This document shows, one piece after another, positions 46,970-58,111 of a DNA stretch of 62,416 nucleotides; the stretch's first letter is position 1, and every line of letters starts with the position of its first letter. The DNA is taken from positions 1-62,416 of the forward strand of contig JAYQLI010000011.1 in assembly GCA_038143065.1 (NCBI GenBank), written 5' to 3'. Under the pieces are notes generated by a model, which worked only from the letters and a program-made list of their open reading frames with translations, was not told the DNA's origin and made no database searches. The translations under genes were made by a program, and so were the position numbers. This stretch comes from Rhodospirillales bacterium (GTDB lineage Bacteria; Pseudomonadota; Alphaproteobacteria; Bin95).

Positions 46970-48181
46970 TTAAAGAGCTTCGTCCAGCTCTTGGGCTGCA
47001 ATCTCAACCAGTTCGTCTACCGAACCTTCACCCAGAATGATGCCCTGGATCATGTTGGTGAACGCAGACTGAAGGCCTTTAAACTCTTCAACCAGAGGTT
47101 CTGGGCCGCCAATGCCGATACCACGTACAAAGACCTGCCAGTAGTCATCGCCTTCGTAGTATGGGTTTTCAAAGCCCAACTTGGCATAGTCAAAGATTGG
47201 CGTCAGACCCCATTCGGTATCTAGTGCATACTGGGATTCACCCGTGGTTAGCATGCCAGCAAGTTTATGTGCCAGTTCTTCGTGACCAGACCCTTTGAAC
47301 ACAGCAATCGAGTCAGTAATCAGAAGCGTGCCGTTGCCACCCTGTGGACCCGCAGGGACCGGAACAGTGATTTCCTTGATGTTGGCGTTGTGCTGACCAC
47401 GACCCCAAGGACCGTCGATGTACATACCGATTTTGCCGTCGTTATAAAGGTCTTTCAGCTGTGAACGTTCCCACGCAGTTGGGCCTTCCTGTGCCACGCT
47501 GATAAGCTTTTCATAGAACGCCAGAGTTTCGCGGGTGTTGGAAGAATTCAGCTTGTTTTCACCCGTGACCGGGTCAATTACAACACCACCATTGGAGTAC
47601 AGATAATTAAGGAATTGGTGCATAGTGTTGTCGAAGTCTTTACCGGCAATACCAACGCCTGCTGCGTCCGTGTTATCGTTGATGGCTTTTGCCATATTGT
47701 ACATGCCGTCCCAAGTGCGCGGTGCAACACACTGCAAGCCCGCTTGTTCCACCAAACCACAGTTAATGAAAAGCGCTTTGGTCGAGAAAGCACGCGGATA
47801 ACCCCATTCCGTGCCTTCAACCGTAACTGTGTTCAGAATTCCAGGTTGATAGGCACCACGGGTCTCATCGGAAATCTGTGCTGGGACGATCAGGTCGTTG
47901 TTTGCCAACTGACGCAGGGTCCGAGAGCCCATGTAAGCGATAGATGGTGGATCACCCGCCGATGCCAATGTCAGAGATTTGTCCTGACATGTGCCCCAGG
48001 GAACAGCCTCAATATTGACGGTAACGCCTGGATTTGCAGCTGTGAAGGCATCCACAACGGTTTGGTCTGCGTCACGGATTTCACCGCCACACATAATAAA
48101 GTGAAGCTCTTGCGCCTGGATCGACAGCGTCGAACCAGCCACCATCACAGCCCCTAAAGCTAGTGTTTTCAAGTATCTCAT
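46970..48181 (-). CDS. Carbohydrate ABC transporter substrate-binding protein
   Basis: Signal peptide, CUT1 binding-protein-like sequence, operon context. Confidence 0.9.
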   Translation of the reverse strand: MRYLKTLALGAVMVAGSTLSIQAQELHFIMCGGEIRDADQTVVDAFTAANPGVTVNIEAVPWGTCQDKSLTLASAGDPPSIAYMGSRTLRQLANNDLIVPAQISDETRGAYQPGILNTVTVEGTEWGYPRAFSTKALFINCGLVEQAGLQCVAPRTWDGMYNMAKAINDNTDAAGVGIAGKDFDNTMHQFLNYLYSNGGVVIDPVTGENKLNSSNTRETLAFYEKLISVAQEGPTAWERSQLKDLYNDGKIGMYIDGPWGRGQHNANIKEITVPVPAGPQGGNGTLLITDSIAVFKGSGHEELAHKLAGMLTTGESQYALDTEWGLTPIFDYAKLGFENPYYEGDDYWQVFVRGIGIGGPEPLVEEFKGLQSAFTNMIQGIILGEGSVDELVEIAAQELDEAL

Positions 48182-48218
48182 TTGATTTCTCCCTTGGACA
48201 TTGAGATTGTTAGTTTTT

Positions 48219-49076
48219 TTACTCCTTCACCGCACCTGCGGTTAAACCGGCGACGAGGTATTTTTGAAGGAACAAGAAGATGATCATTACGGGCAGCACG
48301 CCGGTAAGGGCTGCGGCCATCATCTCGTTCCAAGTCACCGACTGGTAGCCGATGAATTCGAACAGACCTGCGGGAAGGGGTTGGTATTCCCGGGTCTGAT
48401 TGAATGTGATTGCGAACAGGAATTGCTGTGCATAGGCGCCGATGAATACGGCTATACTCACAACAAGTAATCCTGGTAAGGCAAGCGGTAGTACGACGCG
48501 GCGCAGTGTGTAAATCCGAGACGCGCCATCCATAAAGGCGGCTTCTTCTAACTCAACTGGAATTTTTTCAAGATATGATCGCAACAACCAGATTCCAGTT
48601 GGTATTAAAAAGGCCACACCGGGAACGATCATCGCCCAATAAGTATTTAGGATTCCAATAGTTGCCATCACTCTGTACAGCGGGATCAAAAGGACAGCTC
48701 CTGTAAACATATTAACGCCCAGAAAATCGAGAGGCTGATGTTTTTGAACGGAAAATCTAAACGCGCATAGGCATAGGATGCCGGGATAACAAAGATCAAA
48801 GTGATCAATGTTACGGCAGTGGAAATGAATATCGAATTCAAGATATATCGACCTAGCAACGGGACGGTGTTCCACATATCTTGGTAATACCTTAAAGCTG
48901 AAATCATCAGACCAAAACTGGTAAGGGCTGCGGAAAAGGTGCTCCAGTGGGCGCAAAGATGCCATGAACATTTCAAAAAACGGGAGCAGCAGGAAAATGA
49001 GGAACGCTGCCATAGCAACGTAAATCCCGATTATTTGCCAGATTGAATACCGATCCATCATGTTACTTGGTCCCAT
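48219..49076 (-). CDS. Carbohydrate ABC permease (frameshifted)
   Basis: IPVELEEAAFMDGAS EAA loop, QKYLVAGLTAGAVK. Confidence 0.92.
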   Translation of the reverse strand: MGPSNMMDRYSIWQIIGIYVAMAAFLIFLLLPFFEMFMASLRPLEHLFRSPYQFWSDDFSFKVLPRYVEHRPVARSIYLEFDIHFHCRNIDHFDLCYPGILCLCAFRFSVQKHQPLDFLGVNMFTGAVLLIPLYRVMATIGILNTYWAMIVPGVAFLIPTGIWLLRSYLEKIPVELEEAAFMDGASRIYTLRRVVLPLALPGLLVVSIAVFIGAYAQQFLFAITFNQTREYQPLPAGLFEFIGYQSVTWNEMMAAALTGVLPVMIIFLFLQKYLVAGLTAGAVKE

Positions 49077-49983
49077 AATGTTTGGAGACTTTGTTCAGCA
49101 GCCATAGATAAGCCACAGAAAAGAGCCCAAGCAGGCAAACAATAACGATTGTCCGCGCTGCTCCTTCGCCAAACTTTCGGCTGGAAAAAGCGGTCTTATA
49201 GCTGTCGATGATCATTGTGGTCGTGGCAGATCGCGGCCCGCCTTCAGTGAGAATCCAGATGATTTCAAAACTGTTGAAGGTAAATATTGCCGACAGAAGC
49301 GACATTGACACGATTACTGGCATGATCTGCGGGATAGTGATACGGTGGAAGCGATACCAGCGTGAAGCACCATCAACCCAAGCGGCCTCATACAGATCGC
49401 GGCTGACCCCTTGCATCGCTGCCAGAAAGAACAGCGTTACCATGGGTACACCAACCCAAACATCAGCAACCACAGCGGAATAAAAGGCCGACTTTTTATA
49501 GGCGAGGAATTCAAATGATTTGTCGACAATTCCAACGTATTGCATAACGCCAGAAAGTAGCCCGAAGGCCCCATTATACAGCCAAAGCCAACCGATCATT
49601 CCGATCGCAATTGGAATGACCCATGGTGGTAGAACAAGGATACGGAAAAGAGCACGCCCAGGTATAGCCGCGTTCAAAAGTGTGGCGCCGATTAATCCCA
49701 ACACAAGTTTCAGACCGACCGACAGAAACATCCAATAGAACGTACGCCAAACTGTCTGTTTGAACTTTCGGCTTTCGGCGAGGTCCTGGTAATTCTCCAT
49801 TCCCACATAGGAGAAATTGGGGCCGATCCTCGTATCAGTAAAGGAAAGCCGTAAGGTTTCAGCCAAAGGCCACGCGACAATTATGGCAATGAACAACATG
49901 GCTGGTGCAATGAGGAGCCAGGCAAAGGCACTCTCAGACAGCCTCTTAGGGCGCGTTTGTGGTGCATTTGTAGGCGCTTTCAA
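49063..49983 (-). CDS. Carbohydrate ABC permease
   Basis: LYEAAWVDGAS EAA loop, ILTEGGP. Confidence 0.92.
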   Translation of the reverse strand: MKAPTNAPQTRPKRLSESAFAWLLIAPAMLFIAIIVAWPLAETLRLSFTDTRIGPNFSYVGMENYQDLAESRKFKQTVWRTFYWMFLSVGLKLVLGLIGATLLNAAIPGRALFRILVLPPWVIPIAIGMIGWLWLYNGAFGLLSGVMQYVGIVDKSFEFLAYKKSAFYSAVVADVWVGVPMVTLFFLAAMQGVSRDLYEAAWVDGASRWYRFHRITIPQIMPVIVSMSLLSAIFTFNSFEIIWILTEGGPRSATTTMIIDSYKTAFSSRKFGEGAARTIVIVCLLGLFSVAYLWLLNKVSKHYGTK

Positions 49984-50054
49984 GGCCTATCCTCCGCAGT
50001 TCGATCTGTGTCGAAATGATTCTTTTTCCCTATGGTACCTAATTTTTCAAAAAT

Positions 50055-50177
50055 ACTACCAATTAAATACCAAATTTTGCGAGCATACATAATTTACTTT
50101 TATTTTTGGCAAAAAAATGCCTTAGACCAGTTAAATATGAAGTCGAAAATAAGAATTGGTATTTTTTAATAATACCA
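50055..50177. promoter_or_regulatory. NagQ-type operator sites
   Basis: Minus strand TGGTATT-taat-TGGTAGT (50055..50072); TGGTATT at 50157..50163 and AATACCA at 50171..50177. Confidence 0.7.
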
Positions 50178-50190
50178 AATCGAGGGCCAA

Positions 50191-50958
50191 ATGACTATGA
50201 TGGTATCTAAAATTTACTCGGCTGAGCGTTGGTTCGAAGCTGGGCAAGGGCCGCGATATCAACAACTGCGTCGTTACCTGAGAGCGTCCATACGTTCTGG
50301 TGAATTGGCTGCAGACACTCAGCTTCCACCTGAACGCGTCTTGGCCGAATTAACGGATGTCAGCCGAGTAACAGTCCGCCGAGCGATTTCTGCGCTTGCG
50401 GACGAAGGGCTTGTCGAACAGCGACGCGGAGCGGGCACTTTCGTCCGACCTCAGGTTGAAAAATTAGAACAATCTCTGTCTTCATTGGTTTCGTTCTCTG
50501 AGAATATTCGTTTGAGGGGCCAGAAGCCGTCATCACGGGTTTTGCAACGGGGACTCTTTATGCCGGACATAAATGAATTTCTGATACTTGGACTGACACA
50601 AGCGTCGCGTGTAGCACGCATCAAGCGGCTTCGTTTCGCAGATGATACGCCACTCGCGATTGAAACTTCAACTGTACCGGCCGATTTTATTCCTGATCCT
50701 GAGAGTGTAGAAACCTCTCTTTACGAAGCCTTGCGTGCTCGTGACCATGCGCCAGTCCGCGCGGTGCAACGTGTCACGGCTTGTAATCTGGCGCTCAAGG
50801 ATGCTGAGTTATTGGGGCTAACGGCAGGGGATGCAGTTTTATCCATCCAACGTATAGCGTTTTTGCGTGATGGTCGAATTGTGGAACTAACCACAGGTTA
50901 CTACAGATCGGATATGTATGACTTCGTCACTGAATTGCGATCGGAGGCTGATGAATGA
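50191..50958 (+). CDS. GntR/HutC-family regulator (NagQ-like)
   Basis: LPPERVLAELTDVSRVTVRRA HTH, UTRA domain, amino-sugar gene context. Confidence 0.9.
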   Translation: MTMMVSKIYSAERWFEAGQGPRYQQLRRYLRASIRSGELAADTQLPPERVLAELTDVSRVTVRRAISALADEGLVEQRRGAGTFVRPQVEKLEQSLSSLVSFSENIRLRGQKPSSRVLQRGLFMPDINEFLILGLTQASRVARIKRLRFADDTPLAIETSTVPADFIPDPESVETSLYEALRARDHAPVRAVQRVTACNLALKDAELLGLTAGDAVLSIQRIAFLRDGRIVELTTGYYRSDMYDFVTELRSEADE

Positions 50959-52790
50959 GCCTACACAAATTTTTGGCCGAAATTCGTGGTGTTGAAATTC
51001 ATTGTTCAATTACATCTGATGGTCCATTGGACGCACCCATATTTTGCTTTTCGCTCATGGCGCCACCGGAAGTCGTTTCTGGCGGAACCTTTGATACGGT
51101 CAGACGGCGGCTACGGCGAGGTTCAGTTGCCCGATATAAAGGCAGGCATGACGCATCATTTCATTTTGCGTTACGCTAATCCAACTTACACTCCAAAGAA
51201 CAGGGCGTGGCTGCCACTTGGCGCATACTTGCGCTGTGGTGAAGATATTGTTGAGCTTCCAAAGCTTCCTGCAGGCGTTACAACTCCGGGCACCGAGGCC
51301 GTGTCCACAAGTCAAGGATCTATGTTTGGTGCCGAAACCATATTCTTGGACAGCAAGTGGCGGATATCTTCCTCTTCGATCGGTTAAGCAAAAATCTCCT
51401 CTTTGGCATTTTCTTGACGCGCTGGCGGTGCGTTGCAACTTGCCGCCATTGCAGGATGACTGCGGCGCTCTGACAACCTTGGAAAAGGATGACATGATCC
51501 CCGCCGACGGGTATCGCATTGAAATCACTCCTGAAGGGCTCGACGTAAGGTATGGGGCTCAACAAGGTGCCCACTATGCCGGTATAACTTTATTGGTGCT
51601 GCGCGAAACCCACGACGGCAACATCCCGTGTGGCGTCATAGAGGATCACCCAAGGTTTGAATGGCGCGGTCAGCATTTGGATTGCGCGCGCCATTTCTAC
51701 AAAGTTGACTCGATCAACAAGCTTATCGATGTGATGGCATTGCTGAAGATGAATCGCTTTCACTGGCACTTTTCAGATGACGAAGCATTTCGCTTAGAAC
51801 TGCAATCTGTTCCGGACTTGGCAAAAAAAACAGGCCTGCGCGGTGAAAATCAATTGGTGCCCGGCGTTTTTGGTGGCGGTGCAATATCGGGTGGGACTTA
51901 CAGTAAAGAAGACGTCAAAGCCATTATTAAACATGCGCAGAGCGTGTTCATCGATGTGTTGCCAGAAATCGAATTTCCAGCACACGCTTTGGCCTTCACG
52001 CGGGCGTTTCCCAAAAACTCGAGATGCAAATGATACCGGCACAGAGGCTAGTGTCCAAGGCTACATTGAAAATGTCCTGAACCCTGCAATTCCTGAGACA
52101 TGGCAGATTATCGAGTCCATCGCTGAGGAGGTGAGCACTCTGTTCCCGTTTGCAACGCTGCACTTGGGCGCGGATGAACTTCCCGAAGGGACTTGGTCAG
52201 GTTCGCCCTCGGTAAATCGGTTGAAGGCAGAAGAAGGTTTGGAAAGCTCGGATGATGTCCTTGGTTGGTCTCTGCATAGATTGGCGGCAAAACTCGCACT
52301 AAAGGGGATCAGATGTGCCGCTTGGGAAGAAGCAGCGCGTGGCAAAGGCGGTGGAATTGGCAACAATGCCTTACTCTTCAGCTGGACAGGTCATCAGGCC
52401 GGTATTGAGGCTGCGAAGTCTGGGTATGACATTATTATGTGTCCCGCACAAAACGTATATTTGGATATGGCACACAGCGACAACGTTGATGACTGGGGAG
52501 CAGCGTGGGCTGCATTCGTGGGCTTAACGGATACTATCGATTGGGCAGTAATTCCCGATGATGAAATTGCTGATCGGGTTCTCGGCGTTGAAGGTACTTT
52601 CTGGTCGGAGTTCACGACGCAAGATCAGGAGATGCAGGCTATGATTGCTCCGCGTATAATCGGTGTGGCGTCTAAAGGCTGGGTTGATGAACCACTTGCG
52701 CAGGAGGAGTTTTTAATTAACGCGCGCCGTTTTTGCGAAATCTTTACAAAAATGGATTGGAGCTGGAACACTGCTTGCTTTTCCAACTAG
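50955..52790 (+). CDS. GH20 beta-N-acetylhexosaminidase (frameshifted)
   Basis: PRFEWRGQHLDCARHF, FHWHFSDDE, PEIEFPAH, HLGADE catalytic motif, FWSE. Confidence 0.92.
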
Positions 52791-52799
52791 GTGGTCGCC

Positions 52800-53944
52800 A
52801 TGTCAACACTTTCAGCAAAAAGCGCCGTTGTTTTTTGCATGGCATTATTTATGGTCCAGCCAATACAATTTGGGGTTTGGCTTTCGCGAATAGCGGAAGT
52901 TCAAACAGAACTTGGATTGTCGAAGTCTGCATTAGCTTTCGCCTTGCTGGGTATGCCTGTTGGTTTACTGCCCATGCTCTATTTTGCGGGAGCGGTAATT
53001 GACCGTATCGGTGTTCGGTTAGCTTTTTTCGGGGCATTTCCATTAATGCTTCATGACTGGGGTGTTTCCAGCATTGGCTAGTAGTGTATCTGACCTTTTT
53101 GTAGGACTTATGTTACTGGGGATGAGTTTCGCTTTCGCAGAAGTTGGGTTAAATGTAATGGCAGCTCAACTGGAAAAATCCTACCAGATTTCGATCATGA
53201 ATCGCGCTCACGGATCTGGAGTTTAGGCATTATGTTCGGCAGCCTAGGTGGTGTACAAATGGCCACTCTGGACATTTCTGTTTTGCATGCGCTTGCAATT
53301 ACTGGTGTCACGCTTTTTCCCATTCTGTTGATAATTTCATGGTATGTGCCAAAGCAAATGATCCCAAAACAAGCGCCTGCGAAGAAATATGAACCATGGC
53401 GCATCCCGAGTGGTCTCTTTCCGATAATTGTGTTTGTATTTGGGGCTACACTCGCTGAGGGTGCAATGCATGATTGGGCCACGGTTTATATGAGGGAAGC
53501 TCCCTGGTGGGGATCATATTATGATGGCCTAGCTGTGAGCGTTTATGCTGGCATGATCACATTCGGACGATTTGTTGGTGATACCCTTAAATTGAGACTT
53601 GGTCCAGTTGCGCTTGCTAGGATTTGCATATCATTCGCTATTTTGGGTGTTTAAGTTTGGTGCTATCTGGCTCAATTTGGATGTCTTTAATTGGATTTGG
53701 CCTTGTAGGTTTAGGCGTGTCAGTGGTTTTTCCGCTAGGCGTCAGCGCGATAGCTCATTTGAGTGAGCGTCACCAAGCGCGAAATGTTTCTGTTATGACA
53801 TTTGGGGCGCTCGCTGGATTTCTAATAGGACCGCCGTTAATTGGGCTTCTCGCAGAATTACTGAGCCTAAGGAAAGGTATTAGCATATTGATACCTGCTC
53901 TCATAATTAGTTTGTTTATGTCGAAGCGCCTGCTTCGTCGATGA
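52800..53944 (+). CDS. MFS transporter (frameshifted)
   Basis: Multi-TM; LAEGAMHDW, GRFVGD, GFLIGPPLIG. Confidence 0.85.
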
Positions 53945-54143
53945 TATTTTTAAAAGAAATTCCGATATCACAAAAATAGTTTTCAATTTTTATGACTGAA
54001 ATATGTCTCATTACCTTCAATCCCAATAGGTAAGTGATCGAAGCTAAAGGTCGCAAACTATTCACTGGTTGATTCGTTGAGTATCAATCCAAAACCAATC
54101 GACAGATCGTTTATTCATATATGGCAATGTGCCTATAAATTTT

Positions 54144-54961
54144 GACACTGTCAGAATAAACCACCTTGCCCGACAGCGTGCTGGATATTAGCTTCCGTGA
54201 CATGCCTAATCCTTTATCCTTCCGCTATTTCAAAACCAGCCCTGAGAGGTCATCCAACTTGCAGTGATGTTGTATGTAAGATTATTACTCTCACTGAGAA
54301 ATGTTGAAGACCGTCTGCCTGAACGAGGCGTAGATGTCAGCTATGAATCCGTTCGGTACTGATGGCATGGGTTTGGATCTCAATTTGCAAGCCAGATCAA
54401 AAAACGCAGGGCAGAGGGGATACAATCCAGTAATTGGAAATGGCACCTAGATGAAGTCTTTGTGAAGATAAATGGCGAAAGACATTACCTCTGGCGCGCA
54501 GTCGATCATGAGGGTGAGGTTCTAGAAAGCTACGTGACCAAAAGAGGGGACAAGAAAGCCGCTCTCAAGTTCATGAAAAAAGTTATGCGCCTTTATGGAT
54601 CTCCCAATGGAGATCGTTACAGATAAGCTTCGGTCCTACAGTGAAGTAGCAAAAGAGCTGGGCTGTTTAGATAAGCAAGTTACCGGGCGGTGGGCGAATA
54701 ACAGAGTTGAGAATTCACATCTGCCGTTTCGACGACGAGAAAGGGCTATGCTTCGGTTTAGGCGTATGCACAGTCTACAAAAGCTCGTCTCAATCCACGC
54801 ATCGTTTCACAATCTGTTCAACTCACAAAGGTCACTCTCAAAACGTAAGCACTTTTAAGTTTAACCGTGACGCTGGTCTCACCAGTGGCGCTACTTACTG
54901 ATCTCACAGAAAGGGCCGTTAATTGATTGCTGATGCTTGAGCCGATTTGTTTGACAGCATC
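54144..54961 (+). mobile_element. IS6-family insertion sequence, degenerate transposase
   Basis: WHLDEVFVKINGERHYLWRAVD, VTDKLRSY, NNRVENSH; ends GACACTGTCAGA...TTGACAGCATC. Confidence 0.9.
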
Positions 54962-55190
54962 TCAGCAACGATTTAGATCGCAAATTTATGACGGTTAAGT
55001 CTTCCGGCTGAGTTATAAGCACCTGTCATGGCCTGCTAAAATAAACCGTCTTGCCAGCTAAGTTCGCGAGCAGCTATGCGGCTAGTAGTTATATTTGTCA
55101 GGGTAGTAGTTGAGAGATGGTTGAACAATTGAATTTTTGGCTCATTTTTTGCTCACCAAGAAGATAAAGCAATAAAAAGGATCGAAAAAA

Positions 55191-55573
55191 ATGTCAGACT
55201 CTAATAAGCGCAAATTTAATTATTGAAGGTGACATTAAAAGTGATGGAAACTTGACTGTCGATGGAAGAGTAGTCGGAATGTCAGCTGCATAAATGTGAC
55301 CATAAATTCGGGTGGGTTTTATTCAAGGAAACATACGAGCGCATCATCTTGTCAGCCTTGGAAGTATTTCAGGAGATATTCACGCCAAAGTGTTGATCTT
55401 AAAGAAGGCTCTACCACTAAGACTAATTTGGAAAGCGATAATCTGCAAGTCAGCTCTGGGGCCGTGCTCCAAGGGAAGGTAAATATCAGCGGAGCATCGA
55501 CCTCAACCCTGAAGGGCATAAAAAATGTACCTCATATGAAAGATTTTCAGGCGTTTTCAGCTGGAGAAGAGTA
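55191..55573 (+). CDS. Bactofilin (polymer-forming cytoskeletal) family protein (frameshifted)
   Basis: LIIEGDIKSDGNLTVDGRVVG, LQVSSGAVLQGKV beta-helix repeats. Confidence 0.7.
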
Positions 55574-55574
55574 G

Positions 55575-55800
55575 GGCAATACCGCCAAACATCATTTTCA
55601 TTATGGCCGACGACCATGCTTCCATTGCCATTAGTGCTTACGGTTACGGTATAAATCAGATGCCGAATATCGATCGCTTCTCACACCAAGGCATCCGGAT
55701 TAAATCATTGCTATGTGACGAACGCCATCTGAACGCCGGGTATGGCTGCGTTTGTAACTGGAACGTATAATCACGTAAATTGTGTAACGAGATTAAACAC
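55575..55800 (+). pseudogene. Sulfatase N-terminal fragment
   Basis: PPNIIFIMADDH..ISAYG...PNIDR; decays before an IS6-type end at 55870..55899. Confidence 0.65.
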
Positions 55801-55960
55801 GCAGAAGCCGTTCTAACAGAGTGGAACTCTCTTGTATGGCTTAGTAGAATGTACGCTCTCAAGGCTTTTGATGCTTGGGCTTGTTTGTCTGACAGCACCG
55901 CTTTAAAGAGATGTTGGTGTTGAGGAGCTGATTACTCAGCCGCTCATTGACACTAAGTCT

Positions 55961-56312
55961 TTAGTCTAAAATCAGTGCGCCAAGCTTTAAAAGATAGCCA
56001 TAGAATACAGTTAAAGAGCAAACAGCTAGTGCCATACCGATTTGCCCCATATCTCCAGATGCAAAACCTTCGCTTCCGAAGATTGCAATAATGCCAATAA
56101 TTGAACCTATCCATCCGGCCCTTACAGCACCATCTCCAAATTTTTGGATAAAGCTTCCATCACCTTTTGCTGCCAAGGCAAATAATACTCCCACAACCAC
56201 GACAATAATTGCTGATGGCATATCATGTACTATTGACATTGCCTACGATTGCCAAGGTGGCTGCAATAATTGTGCATAGATAACAGTGCAAATAATTTTT
56301 GTAGTTTCCATT
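55961..56312 (-). CDS. Small MotA/TolQ/ExbB-like membrane protein lacking the cytoplasmic domain
   Basis: DMPSAIIVV, GWIGSIIGII, IGMALAVCSLTVFYG. Confidence 0.55.
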
Positions 56313-56391
56313 TCTTACCCCATTTGTTAGCTGGCCTGACCCAATTAAATTTAAGTAGATTCTGTCAAATTAATATTCAAGAAAGTTGCTG

Positions 56392-56527
56392 ATGACATCG
56401 CGCCAAAAATATACGTTCATTGAGGCTTACTGTTTAATTCCAGAAGGCGCTCAAGTTGGTCAGCCAATCAAGCTGATGAAGTTCCAGCGTAAGTTTATTC
56501 TGGACGTCTTTGATAACCCCGCATGGC
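56392..56527 (+). pseudogene. Phage terminase large subunit 5' fragment, copy 1
   Basis: FIEAYCLIPEGAQVGQPIKLMKFQRKFILDVFDNP. Confidence 0.7.
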
Positions 56528-56605
56528 TTAAGCTGAATGCGAGTCTCAGAGCGGCTTAAAAAAGAGGTCGGTGGAGGAGTGAGGCTGATCGCCCAACCGA
56601 TTAAA

Positions 56606-56887
56606 TTAGTCGAGAGTAAGCGCAAGTTTCACCAGCAGCGGTACCAACTACTTTCATACTGGCGGCGTCTGAAGCCGATGCTCTAATTTTATCTAAAGCT
56701 GCTTCTACCTCTTCTTTACTGTTCCACATTGTCATCGTTCCTAATTGAATTAGCACCTGTGACAGTGGCTCGCATTTTTGTTGCGCACCTGCTGCCTTCT
56801 CATTTTTGAGGCCAAAAATTTCTCGCGTTTTTTCGAAGCATTTTCGACGTTTCCGTCAAATTCCCAATCAGTAAAAGTCACAAACAT
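56606..56887 (-). CDS. Small hypothetical protein (frameshifted)
   Basis: RBS aaggaga; MFVTFTDWEFDG...MTMWNSKEEVEAALDKIRA. Confidence 0.55.
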
Positions 56888-56971
56888 TTTTTCTCTCCTT
56901 TGCCGGTAAATATAGACAATCAAAAGGATCCTATGCGGGTCAATACTTACGCAACGGAAGGTGATATTAGT

Positions 56972-57094
56972 ATGACACGCGGCGAAAATATTTGCGCATT
57001 CATTATGCATTACTGACTGATCCCCTGCAGGCGCTCAAGTCGGACAGCCAATCAAGCTGAAGTTTCAGCGCAAGTTTATGCTGGATGTGTTTGA
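56972..57094 (+). pseudogene. Phage terminase large subunit 5' fragment, copy 2
   Basis: MTRGENICAFIMHY*LI-PAGAQVGQPIKL-KFQRKFMLDVFD; abuts an IS6-type end at 57096. Confidence 0.7.
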
Positions 57095-57114
57095 TGGTGT
57101 TGTCAGTCAAACTT

Positions 57115-57432
57115 GAACACCCCCGTAAAGCACCAATGCTCAGCGTTCCATAGCCGTACTGTCATCAATTACTGATGTAACAGCACGATCATAAGAGAGT
57201 AAGCTTTCAGTGATATGTTCATGAAATCTTTGACCGGCAGGTGTCGGCTTAACCCCGCTTCGAGAACGATCAATGAGGCGTACACCTATCTCGGCTTCTA
57301 GTTCTCGCAGGCTTTTCGATACTGCGGCAGGTGTCCTGTGGAATGTTCACCGCTCTGGCCAAACCTTCTGCGACTCTAAATTTCTGAAAAAAAACGCGCA
57401 TGGCGCAAACTAATATTAACTCGTTTGTTCAT
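57115..57432 (-). pseudogene. Truncated LysR-family regulator
   Basis: TPAAVSKSLRELEAEIGVRLIDRSRSGVKPTPAG; cut off next to the IS end. Confidence 0.7.
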
Positions 57433-57539
57433 AACCCAGTTACACAACTATTTAGTTAAGCTAACAAGTCAAATTTTTCGTTTTTGTTGCTTATATGGTT
57501 TCCTTAGAGATGCCATCAAGATAAAGAGCAAATCTTGAT

Positions 57540-57670
57540 ATGGATGATCACGACCTACACTCACCTTTGATCGATCTAACAAAAAAACGACAGATGCCGG
57601 AATTTGTTCTTGGTGCTCTTCTACTAGTCGTCTTTGTCAGTTTGACGGTCTTACAGGTGGTTAGGCGCAT
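57540..57670 (+). pseudogene. Possible TRAP small-permease 5' fragment
   Basis: PEFVLGALLLVVFVSLTVLQVVRR; divergent from the LysR fragment. Confidence 0.35.
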
Positions 57671-57720
57671 AGGCACCCTCAATCTTTTTGGGCAGTTGTC
57701 TAGTTTCATTAATAATTCCA

Positions 57721-57741
57721 TGTGTCACAAATAGTGACACA
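57721..57741. promoter_or_regulatory. Perfect palindrome upstream of the XRE gene
   Basis: TGTGTCAC-aaata-GTGACACA. Confidence 0.55.
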
Positions 57742-57757
57742 ATAAATCCCAGGAGTC

Positions 57758-58009
57758 ATGACGAGCGAGCAGATCAGAATGGCGCGTACGCTCTTCGGTG
57801 GAGCATTGATGTTTTAGCGGAAAAAACCGATGTGAGCTCGCGGACTATCAAGCGAATTGGGGAAACTGGAAGTCGGTATACCTGTTGCAACAGAAGCGAA
57901 CCTACGCCTCATCCGCAGAAACCCTCAGGCCGCCGGCATAAGATTCATCGGCGACGCGGGTGACCCCGGGCCAGGCGTGCGCCTCTGGTCAAGCTCAGAT
58001 CAATCCTGA
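57758..58009 (+). CDS. XRE-family HTH protein (frameshifted)
   Basis: MTSEQIRMAR..LRWSIDVLAEKTDVSSRTIKRI; RBS aggag. Confidence 0.75.
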
Positions 58010-58111
58010 CGGATAGTCAACCGCAAACTACATGAAGTATAAACATTTGCGGTTTTCTATATGTAGTGGCGTGGTAAGCTCTGCCCAACGGTAACAACCA
58101 CGAGCAGATAC

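Noticed and set aside
56392-57094. Prophage
   Set aside because: Only ~45-codon terminase fragments; no portal, capsid, tail or integrase genes
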